From positions 32,001-96,000 of the IMG/VR virus record IMGVR_UViG_3300023110_001773: DNA of 64,000 nucleotides, one strand, 5' to 3'. The stretch comes from a virus. This document shows, one piece after another, positions 17,999 to 26,836 of this stretch; the stretch's first letter is position 1; each line of letters opens with the position of its first letter. The translations under genes and the position numbers were made by a program. The notes beneath the pieces are model-generated. The model was not told the origin of the DNA and searched no databases. It saw only the letters and a program-made list of their open reading frames with translations.

Positions 17999-18927
17999 TT
18001 CATATCCACGTTGGCCATAATATCAACAAGACATGCTGTAAGATTAATTTCTTGGTCAGCAACAAATGCCGACTTGTACTGGTAGTCAGCAATCAACAAC
18101 ACCAAGTGAGGAACCTGTACCACTTTGTCCATCAGAGTATCATAGATTTTACGATACAACCCTTGTGGGTCGGTGTCTACATTGTTAGCAACCCACTGGC
18201 GCATCTTCTTGAAGTCTTTGTCCTTGAGACTATCACACAATCCCTTCATGTTGACTTCAGCAATGTTACTCAGAATACCTTCATCAATTGCACCAGACTT
18301 TGAGTACCGTTGTAGTTCGTTTAGCGTCCTACGATAGTCTGGGAAATATTTCATCAGAAGTTCAGCAAGAACTTTTTCTGAATACTGAATACTTTCTTGA
18401 TCAAGGATGTCAGAGATACGATTCATGAAGGCAGATGCCATCTGAGGTTTCTCTTCTTTCTTGAGTTTGAATTCTACCACCGTTGTCCGACTATGAAGCG
18501 GTTCGATGATTCGATTCTTGAAGTTACATGTAAAAATAAATCGACAGTTCTTGGAGAACTCTTCGATAAAGGCACGCAACGCTGGTTGCGTAGAGTTGGG
18601 GTTTAGATAGTCCGCCTCGTCAAGGATAACTACCTTGGTCTTACCGCCGAAACTGACCGTACTTGCAAAGTCCCTAATCTTTGTTCTGAGAACATCAATG
18701 CCGGACTCATCCGATCCATTGATAATGATGTAGTCACATTCTAATTCATTACAAAGAGCACGTGCCACTGTGGTCTTGCCTGTACCGGCAGTACCACAGA
18801 GCAACATGTTAGGAATTTCTTTCTGGTCAACAAAAGATTGAAATACATCCTTCAGTCTATTTGGGAGAACACACTCCGAAATAGTTTGGGGTCTGTACTT
18901 CTCCACCCAGAGAAATTCATTCATCAC
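17995..18927 (-). CDS. 44: Clamp loader large subunit
   Basis: LWVEKYRP, GTAGTGKT, ILDEAD. Confidence 0.95.
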   Translation of the reverse strand: MMNEFLWVEKYRPQTISECVLPNRLKDVFQSFVDQKEIPNMLLCGTAGTGKTTVARALCNELECDYIIINGSDESGIDVLRTKIRDFASTVSFGGKTKVVILDEADYLNPNSTQPALRAFIEEFSKNCRFIFTCNFKNRIIEPLHSRTTVVEFKLKKEEKPQMASAFMNRISDILDQESIQYSEKVLAELLMKYFPDYRRTLNELQRYSKSGAIDEGILSNIAEVNMKGLCDSLKDKDFKKMRQWVANNVDTDPQGLYRKIYDTLMDKVVQVPHLVLLIADYQYKSAFVADQEINLTACLVDIMANVDMK

Positions 18928-19085
18928 CGTATCCTTTTTTCAAGAACCTCAATCTGTTGTTGTCGTTTCTCTTCCCACTTCTCTTCGGTGCGATCACCTT
19001 TGGGGAAAAACTTGGCACTCTTGAGGTTTTCAAGTGCCACCATACGCCGACCACGAGCGTTCTTACTTCTCCATGCAGAAGCCAT
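18924..19085 (-). CDS. Hypothetical basic 53-aa protein (not in ORF track)
   Basis: MASAWRSKNARGRR...; AAGGAG RBS; overlaps the gene 44 start. Confidence 0.55.
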   Translation of the reverse strand: MASAWRSKNARGRRMVALENLKSAKFFPKGDRTEEKWEEKRQQQIEVLEKRIR

Positions 19086-19093
19086 AATACTCC

Positions 19094-19699
19094 TTATCCA
19101 ATTTTATCCTTTGTACCAAGAGACTCTTCCAGATTGAGTTCTAATTGACTGCCGCCAACTGGACTCTCGTTCATAATGTATTCAAACATCGTAGCTGGAT
19201 CAGAAACTTCATACGGATCATTTTCAACGTTGTCTCCAAAACCATCTTCAACAAAGGCTTTTTCAACAACACCATCATTCAAAAGTACCGAGTATCTCCA
19301 TGATCTTTGGCCAAATCCAAGATTATCTTTGTCAACCAACATCCCTATCTCAGAAGTAAACATACCAGAACCATCTGGAATAGGTTTAACTCCATTGATC
19401 TGTTGATATCGGAACCACATGTTCATAACAAACGAATCATTTACAGATAAACAATAGATTTCGTCAATACCTTTTGACCTAAACACTTCATAGTTTTCTT
19501 CATATCCAGGCAACTGGAAAGCAGAACAAGTTGGAGTAAATGCCCCAGGCAATGCAAAGATAATTACCCTCTTGTCCCTAAACAAATCACCAGAAACTAC
19601 ATCTTGCCATCGATATGGATTAGTACCACCAACGGATTCATCACGAACCCGTGTTTTAAAAACGACATCCATTGGAAATCGCTGTCCTACTTCAATCAT
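19094..19699 (-). CDS. Peroxiredoxin (Prx5 type)
   Basis: ALPGAFTPTCS, CLSVNDSFVM, RSWRY. Confidence 0.9.
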   Translation of the reverse strand: MIEVGQRFPMDVVFKTRVRDESVGGTNPYRWQDVVSGDLFRDKRVIIFALPGAFTPTCSAFQLPGYEENYEVFRSKGIDEIYCLSVNDSFVMNMWFRYQQINGVKPIPDGSGMFTSEIGMLVDKDNLGFGQRSWRYSVLLNDGVVEKAFVEDGFGDNVENDPYEVSDPATMFEYIMNESPVGGSQLELNLEESLGTKDKIG

Positions 19700-19710
19700 T
19701 TTAATTCACC

Positions 19711-20367
19711 TTACTGAGTTTTTGAACTTGGGTCAAGTGCCAACCAATAGGTTCTTTCACTATTGGAAAACATCATTACTGGTTTTGTGCCAATGGTCAC
19801 ATCGTATGTGTCTGGAATGATCTTCAATGATTCAATTGACAACCTAGCATCAAATTCCAAATCACTATCACCAAGAACTGTCGTAAAAGAATTACTCTTG
19901 GGGGTATTTGGATCACCAACAGACATTAATACCTGTTGTCCATTGCCAACTACTCGCAAGAATGGAGCAGAGATGGCAGATGCAGCACGATAAATTGTCT
20001 GAATATTTTCTTTGGCGATATGAAATGTGTAGAGTGGTTCTACTTCAATCGAGCGATCTGGTGCAGCTTTAATCACAGACGGTTCAGCATAGTAGAATTC
20101 AAACTTGCCAGCATTAGTTTGTACCGTGACAGATTCATCTCCAAACTGGAGATCAGCATTCTCATCCATAGTCAACAAAGACAAGAACTGATTCAAATCA
20201 TAGATGGCAAATTCTTTGGGGAAACTTTCTGTTACCGTGGCACGGCACAAAATGTTCATTGAGTTTGACACAGTAGCAAGAGTTTGTCCCTCACGAACCA
20301 AAAGATTCGTATTGATAGAGGCAAAGTTCTTAAATGTGTCGAGGGTTGGTTTGGAAACTTTCATCAT
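19711..20367 (-). CDS. 45: Sliding clamp
   Basis: KNFASINTNL, FAIYDLNQFL; promoter TTGACT-17-TATTAT at 20393-20421. Confidence 0.9.
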   Translation of the reverse strand: MMKVSKPTLDTFKNFASINTNLLVREGQTLATVSNSMNILCRATVTESFPKEFAIYDLNQFLSLLTMDENADLQFGDESVTVQTNAGKFEFYYAEPSVIKAAPDRSIEVEPLYTFHIAKENIQTIYRAASAISAPFLRVVGNGQQVLMSVGDPNTPKSNSFTTVLGDSDLEFDARLSIESLKIIPDTYDVTIGTKPVMMFSNSERTYWLALDPSSKTQ

Positions 20368-20423
20368 AATATACTCCGATCAAACAAATTACATAATAAC
20401 AAATAAAAAAGGAAAAGTCAAGA

Positions 20424-20792
20424 TCAAATTTCAAAAGGTTTTTCCAAAATTTCATTTTCTGGCAAACTACACTCAATCCCATGCTTCTTGTGATATTCTA
20501 GAAGACATGGGAAAGAGGTAATTGGAATTCCGTTAAACGGTTCATCACTGATCAATTCTTTAAACTGCCTTTCATAATCATTGTAGTGTTCTTCATCATC
20601 AAAAACCATTGTCCACTTATAAGTCAATCCATCAGATGAAAACGTACTATGGGCCTCAACTCTTTCTTGTTGTCTTAACCAATCATGAAATATCTGTGAT
20701 GCTTTTTTGTGTTCAACAGTTCTTTCTTCTGATTGTTGATACCATTTTGTACTAAGTGTAGGTCTTTTTAAAACATACTCAAGTTTATACAT
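20424..20792 (-). CDS. Hypothetical protein (paralog of 20785..21120)
   Basis: Shares the DGxT...F.DEE.Y.DY pattern with its neighbour. Confidence 0.55.
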   Translation of the reverse strand: MYKLEYVLKRPTLSTKWYQQSEERTVEHKKASQIFHDWLRQQERVEAHSTFSSDGLTYKWTMVFDDEEHYNDYERQFKELISDEPFNGIPITSFPCLLEYHKKHGIECSLPENEILEKPFEI

Positions 20793-21120
20793 TTTCCGTA
20801 GTATGAGCAATGGTGACGTTATTTGTCGTACAATAATCTAGGAAAGCCTGATCTTGGAATTGGTCTTCAAGACCAGCTGATGTCCAAGCAGAAGTATAAT
20901 CATCGTATGCATCTTCATTAGCAAACATGATATCACAATAAACGGTATTGCCGTCTGGTTCTGCATCAAACACCACATCAGCTTCGTCTCTACCAGTCAA
21001 CCAATCTTGAAATGCAGACGCCTTGGTTTCATAGGTTGATCCTAAGAGGTCAGCTGCCCAAAAAGGCCACTCTACACTCTCAGATTGACGGGTAAATGTA
21101 ATTCTAATTCGATAAGCCAT
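20785..21120 (-). CDS. Hypothetical late protein
   Basis: GGAGAG RBS; late promoter TATAAATA at 21157-21164. Confidence 0.6.
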   Translation of the reverse strand: MAYRIRITFTRQSESVEWPFWAADLLGSTYETKASAFQDWLTGRDEADVVFDAEPDGNTVYCDIMFANEDAYDDYTSAWTSAGLEDQFQDQAFLDYCTTNNVTIAHTTENV

Positions 21121-21165
21121 TATTCTCTCCAAAAGTTAAATGGTAATTTACTCTCTTATTTATAA

Positions 21166-21238
21166 CAAAAAAATCGGGGACTGGCGAATTGAGAGAGAGT
21201 GAGAGAGGCCGCCAGTCCCCGATCCGCCCTAAGGCGGA
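21166..21238 (-). terminator. Terminator with 14-bp stem and 23-nt CU-rich loop, preceded by a small hairpin (candidate ncRNA)
   Basis: Perfect inverted repeat 21173-21186/21210-21223 followed by a T-run; second hairpin at 21223-21238. Confidence 0.7.
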
Positions 21239-21245
21239 ACCTTTA

Positions 21246-21521
21246 CTACTGTTCTAAGTCATGAACATGTAGTGCAATTAACGCATAGTGCAGTACTTTT
21301 AGCAAGTCTTTACGGTTCTTGCCCTCTTTTTTACCATACCTTTGCGTATATTTGATAATATTACCAAGGCAAAATCCTTCGCCATGTCCAGTATCTATAA
21401 CAAACTCGGTGGTTTGTACTTTGTTCTGAGCATAGTGTTCATCATATGTACTATCAACATATGCTTGAAGGTCAGCGATCAGCTGACCCTCATTGTATTT
21501 GTAATCTTTCTTAGAAGTCAT
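21246..21521 (-). CDS. DUF3310-like protein
   Basis: HY...GFCLGNIIKYTQRYGKK...DLLKVLHY; start at MTSKK. Confidence 0.7.
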   Translation of the reverse strand: MTSKKDYKYNEGQLIADLQAYVDSTYDEHYAQNKVQTTEFVIDTGHGEGFCLGNIIKYTQRYGKKEGKNRKDLLKVLHYALIALHVHDLEQ

Positions 21522-22695
21522 AGTTATCTGCCTCTGGGTTGTCATCATTCTGGTCTTCAGCAGGGGCATCAAGATCAACACCAGCATCAACCTTGGTGTA
21601 AAGATCGATGAAGGCAGACTTGGTGTCAGTGTCGAAACGGTTGACACACAACTGAATTGCCTTGAGGCGATCTTTGAACATGGCGTATGCCTTGACAATG
21701 TGTTCTAGACGGCGGGTTGAAACCAACTCATCAATGCCACCCTCATAGAAAGTCTTTCGGATCACATCAGCCCACAGTACCAACTTGTCGGCGAATTCAT
21801 CATCAACGCAGTCAGCGACTTCCATCTTGTTGAGAACAATTTTTTTCTCTTGAGCGGAAGACGGGTATTCCTGTTCAACCGTGATTGCGAATCGTTCGAG
21901 GAATGCCTCATCAAGAACCTGAGCACCCATGAACTTACCGTCATCAGAACCACGGCCCTTGGTGTTCGCAGTAGCGATCACATTGAAACCAGAGGCGGGA
22001 GTAACAACTTCGCCAGTCTTTTTGTTGAAGTAGGGTTTGCCTTCAAGGATTGCCTGTAGACACATCAACTTGTTTGATCCACGATCAATCTCATCAAGGA
22101 TCAAGACAGCGCCACGTTTCATGGCAGTCAGCACAGGGCCTTCACGGTAAACTACGTTACCATCAACCAACGTATTGCCACCGATCAGATCATCTTCATC
22201 GGTCTCAATCGAAATGTTGACACGGATTGCCTCACGTTTGAGTTTGGCACAAACCTGTTCAACCATCATGGTTTTACCGTTACCCGACAAACCACAAATG
22301 AATGTAGGATAGAACATACCAGACTTGACAATGTTCACTAGGTCACGATAGAAACCAAAAGGAACATATGTTTTGTCAGCGGCAGGAACTAGGTTTTCAA
22401 TTTCCACAGCAAGTTTCGCCTGAGTTAGAACCCTAGAAGCAGCAGCGGCCACTGGTTCGGGTTGGGTTTGAATAACCGCCACTGGTTTGGTTGGTTTGGG
22501 CATTGACACAACTTGGCCAACCATCTCGGGGTTAAACTGATTGCGGCCAACCTTGGCCTCTTTGAAAAACCACATCGGGTTTTTGAGACCAGCCTCACGG
22601 GCGATATCCATAACTTCAGATTTTGAGAAAATACCCGTCTGGTTGTTAGACTCAGCAAGGGCGGCCATCAGTTGATCTTTCTGTTTAATACTCAT
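21511..22695 (-). CDS. cobS: CobS/MoxR-like AAA+ ATPase
   Basis: GLSGNGKT, LILDEIDRG, IATANTKG, AFLERF. Confidence 0.85.
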   Translation of the reverse strand: MSIKQKDQLMAALAESNNQTGIFSKSEVMDIAREAGLKNPMWFFKEAKVGRNQFNPEMVGQVVSMPKPTKPVAVIQTQPEPVAAAASRVLTQAKLAVEIENLVPAADKTYVPFGFYRDLVNIVKSGMFYPTFICGLSGNGKTMMVEQVCAKLKREAIRVNISIETDEDDLIGGNTLVDGNVVYREGPVLTAMKRGAVLILDEIDRGSNKLMCLQAILEGKPYFNKKTGEVVTPASGFNVIATANTKGRGSDDGKFMGAQVLDEAFLERFAITVEQEYPSSAQEKKIVLNKMEVADCVDDEFADKLVLWADVIRKTFYEGGIDELVSTRRLEHIVKAYAMFKDRLKAIQLCVNRFDTDTKSAFIDLYTKVDAGVDLDAPAEDQNDDNPEADNYDF

Positions 22696-22736
22696 AATTT
22701 ACTCTCTCTATTAACTCAATCACTCAACATACTACT

Positions 22737-22817
22737 AGCTTACTACATCCCGAAGCAGAAGTCAAGGGGCTTGGCGAAAATAATTGAATTTTCTTTCCCT
22801 TTGAAATCAACAACTTA
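22737..22817 (-). promoter_or_regulatory. Sigma70-like early promoter with upstream IHF-box-like site
   Basis: TTGACT-17-TAAGCT; AAATCAACAACTTA at 22804-22817. Confidence 0.6.
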
Positions 22818-25112
22818 CGCAACCATATCAATAAATCGATTGATAAAGTGGCGGGAATTGGTCTTTTTGGACTGAAATTGGCGGAATCCACGCAGAATAT
22901 CTGACTTCTTTTCGGACTTTACTTCCAATTCAGCATCATCAATTTTGAGATCAGAACCACCTTTGATAAGGAAAGCCTGATCATATCCCCATGCACTATC
23001 AAGTGGCAGGTAATCTTTTTTCAACCAAGTACTTTTGTATACGGCATCAAACTCAGCGGTATCCCATTGATACGGATTGAGGGTTACCCAATTGTAAGCA
23101 TTTTTGACATCGCCACGTTTTTTACTGGTGATCCAGAAGTTTACCATGCGGGAACCCGTAACTTTTTTGAACATGGCAATACCAGCGAGAAGAGACATCT
23201 CTTTGCCAATACGGTAACGTGACTGATAAACTGCGGCGGGTTGTTTAACCACAACAGAAGTAGTGCCACGTTTTAGAATGAGTTTAGTGGCGAAAACTGA
23301 TTTGCGATTTCTCCAGCCATCATCTCTGATATTGTCACCCCAAATTTCATACTCATCAGTGTTACCGCCATCGGAAAGAACAATGGTGTTAAGCACTTCG
23401 ACACGATTGCGGTCTTTGAATTCTTTGGCAAGATCAGTAGCAATGATCATAGCACCGGCAAGGGGGGTAGAACCCAACGACAAGTGTCGAGGAAGATCGG
23501 CATAATTGGCAAGACATCCATTGTGTCGGTTAGAACGCCAACGACTACCATAATTAGCCCAAGTATCAGCGTAAATCAAAAGACTTTCAAATTGTTTTTT
23601 GTAGTCACTGGGTGAAGATTCTGAAGTGATTAATTGAATCATACCAGTGCCAGGATTGATGCAAATTTCATTTTCAGAATTTGACTGGCGAACACCTTCT
23701 CTCATATCCATACCACAAACAAAACCATATACATCAAATGGGATGCCAACTTTTTTGCAGAAGGAAACTTGTATCAATAACTGTTCAATTGTGCCAGCCA
23801 TATGTTGAGCCATAGAACCAGACATATCAAGAATCATGAACATGCCGTGGTTTTTGCCAGAAGGCGTGACAGTGTTTGACAAGAACAAGTCTTCGGTCAA
23901 CTTGTAGGCCCACAACTTATCTTCATTGAGTTTGCCAGTATTGTGAACCTGTGCCTTGCGTAACTCAGACGCCTTGCGCTTCATCTCAAACTGCATGACC
24001 AACTGATTGATGGAAGACTTGTTTTTAGATCGAAACGCATCAGACAAACTTTTACGATAGGCTTTTGCCTCATCGGCAGAAACTTCATCATAATAATTTT
24101 TTGTTAGTTTGAACTCAAAGTCCCAAGTTTTTGAGACGGGGATTACATGGTGTTTGCGACTGATAAACTTGGGGAAGTAAGCGGTGAAAACTGATTCACT
24201 GTCAGACTCCAAGAGGCGACTTTCATTTTGACGGAAACTTCTGTCGGTTTGCGACATGGGTTCGCCATCTTCAACAGGCGATTCACTTGATTGACTTGAT
24301 TGTGATTCAATCGGTTGATCAGATTCAGACTGTTCGGTGTCAGATTGAGAATCAGATTCGGAATCAGTAGACTCGGCAGATTCGGAACTGTCATCGGACT
24401 CTTCGCCAGTGGTCTCACCAGATTGGCCATCGCCCTCGGTGGGATCATCAGTATCTTCGGCGTCATCGGACATTTCCATTGAGGAACCTTGACCCTCGAC
24501 TTCTTCACTGTCATCTTCGCCAGCGGCAGGAGCAGGCTGTTCCTGTTGCTGATCTTCCATATCTTCCATTGCGCCATTATAAAGATCATTGGCAATGTCA
24601 ACTACATCAGACCATTCCTCAGCAGAATCAATGCGAGCGAGAAATTCTTTCTCGGAATCGGAAAACTGAACATTGAGGAATGAACCAATCTTGTAATGAA
24701 GATTGATACGATCAATCAGAGGCAGGGTGTTGACATCTTTATCAGCAACACCGAAAAAATCTTTGTCGAATAGGAAACGATAACCCTTGTAGAATGATTT
24801 AACAAGGCCGGGGTATCGTTGCTTGACTAGTCGTTCGTTGCGAGCGTCTTCAATAACATTTAGGAATGACTTGAAACCAGCACCTTGATCACAAACAGCA
24901 TCATGCCATCCTTCAGCGGGGGTGACCAAACCGTGGCCAACTTCATGTCCGATCAGAAGATCGTAAACATAGCCGGGCATATCTTTCCAATTGGGAAGAA
25001 TAATTTTGCGGTTTTTAAGATCGAACGCTGCGGTAGGAACATTAGCATGTTCTATCGCAAGGTCTTCGGTGGCCAACAACTTGGCGAGATAGGACTTGGA
25101 TTCAATATTCAT
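22815..25112 (-). CDS. CobT-like protein (HExxH domain, acidic linker, vWA domain)
   Basis: HEVGH, NVIEDARNE, D/E/S-rich linker, MIDAS LDMSGSM, STPL, LSDG; adjacent to the CobS-like ATPase. Confidence 0.8.
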   Translation of the reverse strand: MNIESKSYLAKLLATEDLAIEHANVPTAAFDLKNRKIILPNWKDMPGYVYDLLIGHEVGHGLVTPAEGWHDAVCDQGAGFKSFLNVIEDARNERLVKQRYPGLVKSFYKGYRFLFDKDFFGVADKDVNTLPLIDRINLHYKIGSFLNVQFSDSEKEFLARIDSAEEWSDVVDIANDLYNGAMEDMEDQQQEQPAPAAGEDDSEEVEGQGSSMEMSDDAEDTDDPTEGDGQSGETTGEESDDSSESAESTDSESDSQSDTEQSESDQPIESQSSQSSESPVEDGEPMSQTDRSFRQNESRLLESDSESVFTAYFPKFISRKHHVIPVSKTWDFEFKLTKNYYDEVSADEAKAYRKSLSDAFRSKNKSSINQLVMQFEMKRKASELRKAQVHNTGKLNEDKLWAYKLTEDLFLSNTVTPSGKNHGMFMILDMSGSMAQHMAGTIEQLLIQVSFCKKVGIPFDVYGFVCGMDMREGVRQSNSENEICINPGTGMIQLITSESSPSDYKKQFESLLIYADTWANYGSRWRSNRHNGCLANYADLPRHLSLGSTPLAGAMIIATDLAKEFKDRNRVEVLNTIVLSDGGNTDEYEIWGDNIRDDGWRNRKSVFATKLILKRGTTSVVVKQPAAVYQSRYRIGKEMSLLAGIAMFKKVTGSRMVNFWITSKKRGDVKNAYNWVTLNPYQWDTAEFDAVYKSTWLKKDYLPLDSAWGYDQAFLIKGGSDLKIDDAELEVKSEKKSDILRGFRQFQSKKTNSRHFINRFIDMVA

Positions 25113-25139
25113 ATAACTCTCACTCTCAAATACATGTAT

Positions 25140-25210
25140 AGTATGACAGCTATCGAGGCAAAAGTCAAGGGGCCCAGCGAAAAAAGATTTCCTTATAAAT
25201 CAAGGGCTTA
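25140..25210 (-). promoter_or_regulatory. Sigma70-like early promoter with upstream IHF-box-like site
   Basis: TTGACT-17-CATACT; AAATCAAGGGCTTA at 25197-25210. Confidence 0.65.
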
Positions 25211-25234
25211 CAAATTTTTTTCAATTTTTTTCGA

Positions 25235-25603
25235 TCAAATCCGCTCAAAATAGCGAGTTACGGCGAGAATTTTCTCGATTTGTTTGTCAATTATGGCGGT
25301 TCTATTGGGCCAGTGAATGTAGTCCTTTTCGGGGTTCTTTTTGAGATTCTGCAACAGGGGCAGGATCAGCAGTTCTACATCCTTCAATTTGCCACTAACA
25401 TCGGCCTCCAACAGGGCTCGGTGTTCGTTTATCATGCCAGTATTATCGGCAGACAGGATTCTGGATTCCAATTGTTCTAGTTTATCCATGATCGAATCCA
25501 AAGACCCCTCGGGCAATGTAGCCTGTACAGGTTCGGATGGGACGGTTGTACTGGTAGGTACGTCATCTACCGCAGTAAAACCAAAATCGAAATCATCTGA
25601 CAT
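25235..25603 (-). CDS. Conserved hypothetical phage protein
   Basis: DFDFGFTAV N-terminus; PLLQNLKKNPEKDYIHWPNR; AGGAG RBS. Confidence 0.65.
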   Translation of the reverse strand: MSDDFDFGFTAVDDVPTSTTVPSEPVQATLPEGSLDSIMDKLEQLESRILSADNTGMINEHRALLEADVSGKLKDVELLILPLLQNLKKNPEKDYIHWPNRTAIIDKQIEKILAVTRYFERI

Positions 25604-25612
25604 CTATTTCTC

Positions 25613-25939
25613 CTAGACGGCGAAACTCTCTCCACAACCACAGTGTGCGGTTGCCTTTGGGTTGGAAATTTCTATGCCGCTGTTGATACCCTCTCTCTTA
25701 AAATCTATCAAAGACCCAGAGAGGTACAACAAACTTTTTGGATCAATGAAAACTGTTACGCCGTGTTCTTCGACTACAACATCTTCTATAGATTGGTGAT
25801 CGGCATACTCAATAACGTACTTGAATCCAGTACACCCACTCGGAGTGACACCCACTCTCACACCCAACCCTCTTCCACGTTCTTGTAATTGTTTTCCAAT
25901 CCAATCAGCGGCTTGTTTGGTGATCTGTATCGTTTCCAT
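25613..25939 (-). CDS. iscA: Fe-S cluster assembly A-type carrier IscA
   Basis: SGCTGFKY, IDPKSL, CGCGESF. Confidence 0.9.
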   Translation of the reverse strand: METIQITKQAADWIGKQLQERGRGLGVRVGVTPSGCTGFKYVIEYADHQSIEDVVVEEHGVTVFIDPKSLLYLSGSLIDFKREGINSGIEISNPKATAHCGCGESFAV

Positions 25940-26312
25940 GCTTCTCTTGATAGTTTTTTATTGCCGCCTTGATTGCATCTTCGGCAAGTACACTACAATG
26001 AATCTTTACAGGCGGGAGTGATAGTTCTTGAGCAATTTCTGTATTGCGGATTTTTCCTGCTTCGTCAAGGGACTTTCCTCTAACCCATTCTGTGAGTAGT
26101 GATGAAGAAGCAATAGCACTGCCGCATCCGTAAGTTTTGAATTTAGCGTCTTCAATAATTCCGTCATCCGATACTCGGATTTGCAACCGCATAACGTCTC
26201 CACACGCTGGAGCTCCGACCATGCCAGTTCCGACAGTTTCATCATTTTCGTCAAGTTTGCCAACATTCCTTGGGTTCTCGTAGTGATCTAGTACTTTATC
26301 TGAATAAGCCAT
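25905..26312 (-). CDS. iscU: Fe-S cluster scaffold IscU
   Basis: MAYSDKVLDHYENPRNVG, GAPACGDVM, GCGSAIAS, LPPVKIHC. Confidence 0.95.
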   Translation of the reverse strand: MAYSDKVLDHYENPRNVGKLDENDETVGTGMVGAPACGDVMRLQIRVSDDGIIEDAKFKTYGCGSAIASSSLLTEWVRGKSLDEAGKIRNTEIAQELSLPPVKIHCSVLAEDAIKAAIKNYQEKHGNDTDHQTSR

Positions 26313-26320
26313 GTCTATAT

Positions 26321-26836
26321 TTATGCAGCACTAGACTTCAACATCTTAATTTTTTTGTTTTGTTTTTTCACCTTTTTCAAAGCCCTATCTAGTTGCAGTT
26401 TACCAACTCTTTGCAACATGTTTTGTCCTAACATATGATCATATTCATGCAAAACAACTCTAGCCCAAAGACCATCAAACTCTTCCATAACAATTTCTTG
26501 ATTTTCATTTTGATATGAGAGTGTACACTTTTCTGGTCTTTTGACTCTCAACATCAATCCAGGCGCACTCAAGCAACCCTCTTCCATCATTACAACAGTG
26601 TCACTATGAGAAACTAGTTCTGGATTAAAGAATATCCATTTTTTTGCACCAGCACCCATAGTAAATACCCTAGCATTCAACCCAACCTGATTTGCAGACA
26701 ATCCGATCCCGCCCAAAGACTGCTGTCTTTTCCAAATCTTATCTCCAAATTCTTCTGCATTTTCCCAATCCACAAACTCATTAGGCGGAACCTTTAGCAT
26801 GGGGTGGTTAAGGGGAAGTAATTCTAAATCGCTCAT
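26321..26836 (-). CDS. def: Peptide deformylase
   Basis: GIGLSANQ, EGCLS, HEYDH. Confidence 0.92.
   Translation of the reverse strand: MSDLELLPLNHPMLKVPPNEFVDWENAEEFGDKIWKRQQSLGGIGLSANQVGLNARVFTMGAGAKKWIFFNPELVSHSDTVVMMEEGCLSAPGLMLRVKRPEKCTLSYQNENQEIVMEEFDGLWARVVLHEYDHMLGQNMLQRVGKLQLDRALKKVKKQNKKIKMLKSSAA

Noticed and set aside
21511-25112. Cobalamin biosynthesis auxiliary pathway
   Set aside because: Only the generic AAA+/vWA pair is present; no other cob genes.
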